A stretch of DNA of 64,000 nt. Source: Bacteroidia bacterium. Its GTDB lineage: Bacteria > Bacteroidota > Bacteroidia > NS11-12g > UBA9320. The stretch is taken from positions 32,001-96,000 of the forward strand of contig CBDCFW010000001.1 in the NCBI GenBank assembly GCA_965216465.1, read 5' to 3'. The notes under the pieces were generated by a model. The model saw only the letters and a program-made list of their open reading frames with translations, was not told the DNA's origin and ran no database searches. This document shows, piece after piece, positions 57,241 through 64,000 of the stretch (positions within the stretch are counted from its first letter, which is position 1; every line of letters begins with the position of its first letter). The position numbers were made by a program, and so were the translations under genes.

Positions 57241-58518
57241 TCATAGATAAGGTTTTAGGTCTTGACCGATATCCGTTCTAAACACCCTTTTATCAAACGA
57301 AAAGCTTTTGCTCAAAGCGTATGATTTATCAAGTGCTGATTGTAAGTCAGGGCCAAAGCAAGATGCAGCTAAAACCCTACCACCACTGGTTATAACGCTG
57401 CCGTTGTCTCGTTTTGTTCCAGCGTGAAACAACGTCTCTGACACTTCAGTAAATGCTATCTCCTTTCCTTTTTCGTAGCTTTCAGGATAGCCTCCTGAAA
57501 CCGAAAATACGGTCGTGCAATAATCTGTTACGGTATTAACTTCTCGGGTCTTCATGCTACCATCCTTTGCTGAAGACAGAATGTCACCTAGTGACTCATT
57601 TATGCGTGGAACCACAACTTCAGTCTCAGGGTCACCCATGCGAACATTGTACTCAATCACATAAGGATTATTGTTTACGGCGATTAATCCAAAGAAAACA
57701 AAACCTCTATAATTCAGCCCTTGATTCTTGAATCCGTCAATTGTTGGCTTAATTACTTGTTCAATCGTTTTAGTCTTAAGCTCTGCATTAAAGAATGGCA
57801 CAGGCGATACTGCCCCCATTCCCCCGGTGTTTAAACCGGTATCTCCCTCTCCTATTCGTTTGTAGTCTTTTGCTTCTGGAAGTAAAACGTAATTAGAACC
57901 GTCGGTAATTACAAATACACTAAACTCGATCCCATCTAAGAATTCTTCAATAACAACCGTGCTCGAAGCGTTTCCAAATTTCTCATTCACCAACATATCT
58001 TCTAGGCTTGATTTAGCTTCGTTGATGTCGTCAATTATGAGAACACCTTTACCTGCCGCAAGTCCATCGGCTTTAAGGACGTAAGGCGGGTTTAATTTCT
58101 CTAAAAATGCGAATCCTTCTTGCACATTGTCTTTGGTAAAACTTTGATAAGCAGCTGTAGGAATATTCTGTTTTGCCATAAACTCTTTGGCAAACGACTT
58201 GCTGCTTTCTAATTGACCTGCGTGTTGATCCGGTGAAAAAACATAGACATCAGACGTTCTTGAATCGCTTTCAAATGCATCTCGAACTCCTTCTGCAATT
58301 GCTTCTTCTGAACCTGGAATAATGGTATCTATTTGATTGTCAACAGAAAACTGCTTCAAAAAATCAAAATCGGTAAGCTTGCACGACACGTTGGTCGCAC
58401 ACAATTCTGTTCCTCCATTTCCCGGAGCAACAAACACATTTTCCTTTCCAATTTCTTTGCTCAGCTTCCAAGCAATGGCGTGCTCTCGAGCACCTGATCC
58501 TAGTATTAATATTCGCAT
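57241..58518 (-). CDS. purD: Phosphoribosylamine--glycine ligase
   Basis: ILILGSGAREHA, APGNGG, LKADGLAAGKGV, GDTGLNTGGMG, EYNVRMGDPE. Confidence 0.96.
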   Translation of the reverse strand: MRILILGSGAREHAIAWKLSKEIGKENVFVAPGNGGTELCATNVSCKLTDFDFLKQFSVDNQIDTIIPGSEEAIAEGVRDAFESDSRTSDVYVFSPDQHAGQLESSKSFAKEFMAKQNIPTAAYQSFTKDNVQEGFAFLEKLNPPYVLKADGLAAGKGVLIIDDINEAKSSLEDMLVNEKFGNASSTVVIEEFLDGIEFSVFVITDGSNYVLLPEAKDYKRIGEGDTGLNTGGMGAVSPVPFFNAELKTKTIEQVIKPTIDGFKNQGLNYRGFVFFGLIAVNNNPYVIEYNVRMGDPETEVVVPRINESLGDILSSAKDGSMKTREVNTVTDYCTTVFSVSGGYPESYEKGKEIAFTEVSETLFHAGTKRDNGSVITSGGRVLAASCFGPDLQSALDKSYALSKSFSFDKRVFRTDIGQDLKPYL

Positions 58519-58581
58519 AAGATAAATTCGCTCCAAAGATAAATATGGTTACATTTGAAGCACTATAAATTGATAAAATAT

Positions 58582-58974
58582 ATGAACAAAATAATCATGG
58601 TTTTTTCTATCGTAATCTTGAGCACTATTGGTTGTAAAGACAAAGAAGGCACAAGTCCTAATGGTGGAGGAAACGGCAGTGGATACTCAGATGCTCAAAA
58701 AGCACAACTTTACGATAAGGTTTGGTACCCTCAAGGTGCTGCGGGAGGTGTTGAACTAGAGTTTTTAAGTAATGGTACATTCCGTCAAGCTCTTTCGCTT
58801 CCGGGTACTTACTCTTGGCAAAATAATGGAGACACCATGAATATTAATGCATATGGTGGTACACGTTTTAACTACATATTCGATAAAATTACGGATACTG
58901 AGTTTACTTATCGATCAAATTTTGGTGGTGACAACTACAACACCCCTCACACTTTTGCAACTACAAAAAAATAA
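58582..58974 (+). CDS. Hypothetical lipoprotein (lipocalin-like beta fold possible)
   Basis: Lipobox TIGC followed by KDK; Gly-rich linker. Confidence 0.6.
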   Translation: MNKIIMVFSIVILSTIGCKDKEGTSPNGGGNGSGYSDAQKAQLYDKVWYPQGAAGGVELEFLSNGTFRQALSLPGTYSWQNNGDTMNINAYGGTRFNYIFDKITDTEFTYRSNFGGDNYNTPHTFATTKK

Positions 58975-58975
58975 T

Positions 58976-58990
58976 TGGCACAGTTTTAGT
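58976..58990 (+). promoter_or_regulatory. Sigma54-like element upstream of secA
   Basis: TGGCACAGTTTTAGT: perfect TGGCAC -24 element, degenerate -12. Confidence 0.35.
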
Positions 58991-59012
58991 CCATACGTAA
59001 TAAAACAATTCA

Positions 59013-62000
59013 ATGATTAATTCTTTAGTTAAAGGCATTTCAAAGCTTTTTGGCAATAAGGCATCCAAGGACGTGCAAGGGCTTTACCCTTACGTTGATA
59101 AAATAAATGCGGAATACGATAAACTACACAATCTCTCAAACGATGAACTTCGAGGTAAAACAACTGAGTTCAAAAATCGAATTAATGACTATTTGTCAGA
59201 AATAGATAACGAGATTGAATCTTTAAAGCAAAGTATTTCAAAAGCCGATATACACGACATTCATATAAAAGAAGAAGCATACGAGAAAATAGATGCTTTA
59301 GAGAAAAATCGTGATGAGAAGCTGGAGGAGATTCTAGAGCAAATTCTTCCTGAAGCTTTTGCGGTGGTTAAAGAAACAGCCCGAAGATTTACTGAGAACG
59401 ATACGGTTATTGCAACCGCTACTGAATATGATAGAGATTTAGCTGCTGCTAAGGAGAATATTAATATCCAAGGCAGTGATGTCATTTACGAAACTTCTTG
59501 GGATGCTGCTGGTAGCACGGTGGAATGGAATATGATTCATTACGACGTTCAGCTTATCGGTGGTGTTGTTTTACATAAAGGAAAAATCGCTGAGATGGCA
59601 ACGGGTGAAGGTAAAACGCTTGTTTCGACCCTTCCTGCCTATCTAAATGCTCTTGGCCAACGTGGAGTTCACGTAGTAACTGTTAACGATTACTTGGCAC
59701 GAAGAGATGCTGAGTGGAATGCTCCTATCTTCCAATTTCATGGATTGTCAGTTGACTGTTTAGATTACTATCGTCCGCACTCTCCAGAAAGAAAGAATGC
59801 TTACCTAGCAGACATTACATACGGTACCAACAACGAATTTGGTTTTGATTACCTGCGTGATAATATGGCTCATAGTCCAAGCGAGCAGGTTCAACAAAAA
59901 CATCACTTTGCAATGATTGATGAGGTCGATTCTGTATTGATTGATGATGCAAGAACACCTTTGATTATAAGTGGTCCAATCCCTAAAGGAGATGTGCATG
60001 AGTTTAATGAGTTAAAACCAAAGATTCAAAAATTGGTTGACGCTCAGAAGAGATATTTAACCACTGCTTTGGCTGATGCCAAGAAGATGATCAAAGAAGG
60101 CAAGACCAGCGAGAAAGACGGTGGCTTATTGCTTTATAGATGCTATCGCGGTTTACCTAAGAATAAGCCTTTGATTAAATTCTTAGGAGAAGTTGGAATG
60201 AAGGCTATCATGAACAAGGCCGAAAACTTCTACCTTCAAGATCAACAGAAAGAAATGCACATCGTTGATGCGGAGTTGTACTTCACCATCGATGAAAAAA
60301 ACAATCAAATTGAGCTTACCGATAAAGGTATTGAGTTAATCTCAAGCAATAGCGACGATAAAGACTTCTTCGTGATGCCTGATGTTGGTTCTTCAATTGC
60401 AGATTTAGAGAAGTCTTCACTATCTGAAGATGAGAAGGTTAAGAAGAAAGATGAAATCATGCGTGACTTCTCAGTTAAGTCAGAGCGTATTCACTCGATT
60501 AACCAGTTGCTGAAGGCCTATGCCATGTTTGAGAAAGATGTTGAATACATCATTCAAGATGGTAAAATCAAGATTGTTGATGAGCAAACCGGTAGGGTGA
60601 TGGACGGACGTCGTTACTCGGACGGACTTCACCAAGCAATAGAGGCTAAAGAAAATGTTAAAGTTGAAGCTGCAACACAAACTTTTGCAACCATTACTCT
60701 TCAAAACTTCTTTAGAATGTACCACAAGCTTAGTGGTATGACCGGTACTGCAGAAACGGAGGAAGGTGAATTCTGGGAAATCTACAAATTGGATGTTGTG
60801 GTTATTCCAACCAACAGACCCATTGCTCGTGACGACCGTGAAGATTTAGTTTATAAGACTGTTCGTGAGAAGTTTAACGCCGTAGCGCAAGAAATAATCC
60901 GACTTCAAAAGGAAGGACGACCTGTACTTGTGGGTACAACATCGGTTGAAATTTCGGAGCTATTAAGTAGAACATTGAGTATGCGTAAAATCAAACACAA
61001 TGTTTTGAATGCGAAGCAACACCAAAGAGAAGCAGATATTGTAGCCGAAGCGGGTCAACCCGGTGCAATTACCATTGCAACCAACATGGCAGGTAGAGGT
61101 ACCGATATTAAGCTTGGAAAGGGTGTTAAAGATGCTGGAGGACTTGCGATTATTGGTACAGAACGTCACGATAGTAGACGAGTTGATAGACAGTTAAGAG
61201 GTAGAGCGGGAAGACAGGGAGATCCTGGATCTTCACAATTCTACGTTTCGCTTGAAGATAATTTGATGCGTTTATTCGGCTCTGATAGAGTATCGAAGGT
61301 AATGGACCGTTTTGGTTACGAAGAAGGTGAAGTTATTCAGCACTCTATGATTACCAAAACGATTGAACGTTCTCAGAAGAAAGTTGAGCAAAACAACTTT
61401 GGTATCAGAAAGCGTCTACTTGAATACGATGACGTAATGAACAAGCAACGTGTTGTGATCTATACACGAAGAAAGAATGCTTTGTATGGTGATCGTTTAT
61501 CAGTAGACATTAATAACGCACTTTACGACTGGGTTGATGAATATGTGCAGGCATTTAGAGAAAGTGGAGACTTTGAAGGATTCAAATTAGAAACACTTCG
61601 CCAGTTAGCTTTTGAAAGCAACATGTCTGAAGATGATTTCCAAAGTGGAAGAGTTGACGAAATTGTTCAAACCATATTCGACGAGTTATTAGACGCTTAC
61701 GACCGAAAAAATAAAGACATTCAGCAACGTGCAATGATTGTGTTTAAAAACATTCATCGCGATCGTGGTGATGAGGTTAAAAACATCCTTGTACCATTTA
61801 CTGATGGCCGTAAAACGATAAATGTTTCCGTAAACTTACAAAAAGCACTAGAGACTGAAGGTCAGGAGATTACCAATGCATTTGAACGCTATGTTGCTCT
61901 TGCATCTATTGATGATCACTGGAAAGAACACTTGCGTGAGTTGGATGATTTAAAGCAAACTGCAAACAACGCTTCATACGAGCAAAAAGACCCATTATTG

Positions 62001-62333
62001 ATTTACAAGCTCGAATCATTTAATCTTTTCCAACAAATGATATCTACGCTAAACAATGACATCATTTCGTTATTGCTTAAGGGCAATATTCCAATTCAGG
62101 GTTCTGACGATATGAAAGAGGCTAAAGAGAGAAAGCGTTCTGACATGAGTAAAATGAGAACCAGTCGAGCTGCTGAGGCTTTGGTATCACAGAACGACGG
62201 TCAACGTCAACAGGAAGAAGCGGCAAGAGAAGTTCCGGTTCCTGTTCGAAGTGAGCAAAAAGTTGGAAGAAACGACCCTTGCCCTTGCGGTAGCGGTAAA
62301 AAATATAAAAAATGCCATGGTAAAGAAGCTTAG
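59013..62333 (+). CDS. secA: Preprotein translocase subunit SecA
   Basis: [54 protein letters not shown]-terminal [19 protein letters not shown]. Confidence 0.98.
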   Translation: MINSLVKGISKLFGNKASKDVQGLYPYVDKINAEYDKLHNLSNDELRGKTTEFKNRINDYLSEIDNEIESLKQSISKADIHDIHIKEEAYEKIDALEKNRDEKLEEILEQILPEAFAVVKETARRFTENDTVIATATEYDRDLAAAKENINIQGSDVIYETSWDAAGSTVEWNMIHYDVQLIGGVVLHKGKIAEMATGEGKTLVSTLPAYLNALGQRGVHVVTVNDYLARRDAEWNAPIFQFHGLSVDCLDYYRPHSPERKNAYLADITYGTNNEFGFDYLRDNMAHSPSEQVQQKHHFAMIDEVDSVLIDDARTPLIISGPIPKGDVHEFNELKPKIQKLVDAQKRYLTTALADAKKMIKEGKTSEKDGGLLLYRCYRGLPKNKPLIKFLGEVGMKAIMNKAENFYLQDQQKEMHIVDAELYFTIDEKNNQIELTDKGIELISSNSDDKDFFVMPDVGSSIADLEKSSLSEDEKVKKKDEIMRDFSVKSERIHSINQLLKAYAMFEKDVEYIIQDGKIKIVDEQTGRVMDGRRYSDGLHQAIEAKENVKVEAATQTFATITLQNFFRMYHKLSGMTGTAETEEGEFWEIYKLDVVVIPTNRPIARDDREDLVYKTVREKFNAVAQEIIRLQKEGRPVLVGTTSVEISELLSRTLSMRKIKHNVLNAKQHQREADIVAEAGQPGAITIATNMAGRGTDIKLGKGVKDAGGLAIIGTERHDSRRVDRQLRGRAGRQGDPGSSQFYVSLEDNLMRLFGSDRVSKVMDRFGYEEGEVIQHSMITKTIERSQKKVEQNNFGIRKRLLEYDDVMNKQRVVIYTRRKNALYGDRLSVDINNALYDWVDEYVQAFRESGDFEGFKLETLRQLAFESNMSEDDFQSGRVDEIVQTIFDELLDAYDRKNKDIQQRAMIVFKNIHRDRGDEVKNILVPFTDGRKTINVSVNLQKALETEGQEITNAFERYVALASIDDHWKEHLRELDDLKQTANNASYEQKDPLLIYKLESFNLFQQMISTLNNDIISLLLKGNIPIQGSDDMKEAKERKRSDMSKMRTSRAAEALVSQNDGQRQQEEAAREVPVPVRSEQKVGRNDPCPCGSGKKYKKCHGKEA

Positions 62334-62709
62334 AATTTTAATCCTTTTTGTAATCTTAGGTGTCGGTGCATCAAGTCAAGCTCAGGTAACTGTTGATGTG
62401 CCTGAACAAGTGAATGTTGAGCTCCGAATGAAGAACGCGAGCATTGATACCACTAAGGTTTCTGGATATAGAATTCAAATTGCTTTCAACAGCGATATGT
62501 CGAAAGCCAATAAAGCGAAGACTAAGTTTCAAATAAATTTCCCTGACTATTCAACACGAGCTTACCTCCTCTACCAACAACCCTACTGGAAACTTAGAGT
62601 GGGTGACTTTTACCGAGAAATTGATGCACAAAAATTGCTTGCAGAAGTACGAGAACATTTTCCAGATGCCTTTGTGGTTAAAGATTATGTTCAAAGGCCG
62701 AAGCTTTAG
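62317..62709 (+). CDS. SPOR domain-containing protein
   Basis: Signal peptide; [23 protein letters not shown]. Confidence 0.85.
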   Translation: MVKKLRILILFVILGVGASSQAQVTVDVPEQVNVELRMKNASIDTTKVSGYRIQIAFNSDMSKANKAKTKFQINFPDYSTRAYLLYQQPYWKLRVGDFYREIDAQKLLAEVREHFPDAFVVKDYVQRPKL

Positions 62710-62755
62710 CGAGAACCGTTATTTTTGTTGCCCTTCATAATTCACGAATAATTAC

Positions 62756-63673
62756 ATGCAGATACAAGTACAAAACGAATACTCTCGTTTAAAGACCGTT
62801 GTCTTAGGTATTGCTGATAGTTGTGGTGGCCAACCCCACTTAGACGATACATATGATCCAAAAACCAAGGAGTTTTTAAGAAAAGGAATCTATCCGCTTG
62901 AACGACACATGGTACCTGAAATGGATGCTTTCGCTGCGGTACTTGAAAAGCATGGGGTTAATGTACTTCGACCAAATAACATCGAAGACCTTAATCAAAT
63001 CTTTGCACGAGACATTTGCTTTGCAATTGATAACAAGTTTATAATACCTCATATTATTCGTGAACGTCAGGCTGAACAAGAGGCTATTATGGATTACATC
63101 AGTCAAGTAGATGATTCATCTGTACTTAGAGCCCCTGAAAATGTAAGGATTGAAGGTGGCGATGTAATTGTTCATAATGAATATGTTTTTGTAGGATACT
63201 CAGACGAGCAAGACTTTTATAACTTCAAAACGGCTCGTACAAATACGGATGGATTAGCCTATTTAAAAGAGCAATTCCCTAATAAACAAGTGATTGGATT
63301 TCAACTTAAAAAGTCTGACTACGCTCCGATGGAGAATGCACTTCACTTAGATTGTTGTTTCCAACCTTTGGGGTTGGGTCATGCGTTAATCTTTGAAGAT
63401 GGCTTTCAAAAACAATCTGACCTTGATATGTTGAAAGAGATTTTTGGTGCAGATAAACTGATTAAAGTATCTCGAGAAGAAATGTACAACATGAATTGCA
63501 ACATCTTTTCAATCGATAAAGACATTGTTGTAAGTGAACGTGGATTTATACGCATAAATGAGAAACTGACGCAGTTGGGATATACTGTAGAAGAAATTCC
63601 TTACTACCAGATTTCAAAACAAGAAGGACTTTTGCGCTGTTCAACCCTACCCCTGCTCCGAGAAAATGACTAG
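62756..63673 (+). CDS. Amidinotransferase/arginine deiminase-related enzyme
   Basis: NEYSRLKTVVLG, QIFARD, EGGD, HLDC, GLLRCSTLPL (catalytic Cys). Confidence 0.88.
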   Translation: MQIQVQNEYSRLKTVVLGIADSCGGQPHLDDTYDPKTKEFLRKGIYPLERHMVPEMDAFAAVLEKHGVNVLRPNNIEDLNQIFARDICFAIDNKFIIPHIIRERQAEQEAIMDYISQVDDSSVLRAPENVRIEGGDVIVHNEYVFVGYSDEQDFYNFKTARTNTDGLAYLKEQFPNKQVIGFQLKKSDYAPMENALHLDCCFQPLGLGHALIFEDGFQKQSDLDMLKEIFGADKLIKVSREEMYNMNCNIFSIDKDIVVSERGFIRINEKLTQLGYTVEEIPYYQISKQEGLLRCSTLPLLREND

Positions 63674-64000
63674 CATTCCTAAAAGTGTAGCCATGGTTCG
63701 TCCGAGCCACTTTGCGTTCAATGCACAAACAGCAGGGAATAATGCCTTTCAAAACAATTTAGAAAATTTTACAGCCACTCAGATTCAAGATATTGCTAGA
63801 CTCGAGTTTGACAATATGGTAGAACTTCTTCGTGGCCACGATATCGAAGTATTAGTCTTTGAAGATCAAGATCACGATACTCCAGATTCAATCTTCCCTA
63901 ACAATTGGTTTTCAACCTTTACGAATGAGCTTATTCTTTATCCTATGTTTGGTGAAAACCGTAGGAAAGAAAGAAAACCAGCCATCTACAATGCCTTGTC
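63666..64000 (+). CDS. ctlX: Citrulline utilization hydrolase CtlX-like, truncated by the window end
   Basis: Manual translation MTSIPKSVAMVRPSHFAFNAQTAGNNAFQ…EFDNMV…TPDSIFPNNWFS…LYPMFGENRRKER. Confidence 0.8.
   Translation, partial: MTSIPKSVAMVRPSHFAFNAQTAGNNAFQNNLENFTATQIQDIARLEFDNMVELLRGHDIEVLVFEDQDHDTPDSIFPNNWFSTFTNELILYPMFGENRRKERKPAIYNAL

Noticed and set aside
59013-62333. Unusual length of SecA (1106 aa) as an intein or novel insertion
   Set aside because: Long SecA with helical insertions is normal in Bacteroidota, and no intein splice motifs were seen.

Overview
A 64 kb window of AT-rich bacterial chromosome that looks like Bacteroidota, judged by T9SS cargo proteins, TAnnTTTG-type promoters, a long SecA, and DUF6428 and CtlX homologues. 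It is densely coded, and I saw no rRNA, tRNA, CRISPR array, transposase, integrase or reverse transcriptase. In order it holds: a T9SS-associated surface protein pair; a SusC/D-less carbohydrate cluster (GH28, sugar porter, GH106); a Tat-exported PLP enzyme; an alpha-2-macroglobulin/PbpC operon; a sulfatase; SulP; map with an NFACT/RqcH gene; a TraB/GumN protein with an acidic insert; a 2329-aa T9SS type B adhesin-like protein with 34 tandem 49-aa Cys-Asp-Ser repeats; htpG; a His/Cys-rich three-gene operon; an ars operon; a frameshifted tryptophan 2,3-dioxygenase; a phosphate cluster (PhoH2, Na/Pi cotransporter with an extra N-terminal domain, porin) with an identical 17-bp box upstream of the last two genes; ArnT and PAP2; purD; secA; SPOR; and the start of an amidinotransferase/ctlX pair. 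The strongest leads are the glycosylation-sequon-rich repeat adhesin with signs of gene conversion, the putative Pho-box regulon, sigma54-like promoters before htpG, the YugP peptidase and secA, and two uncharacterised surface or metal modules. All family calls come from recognising motifs by eye, and no database search was run.
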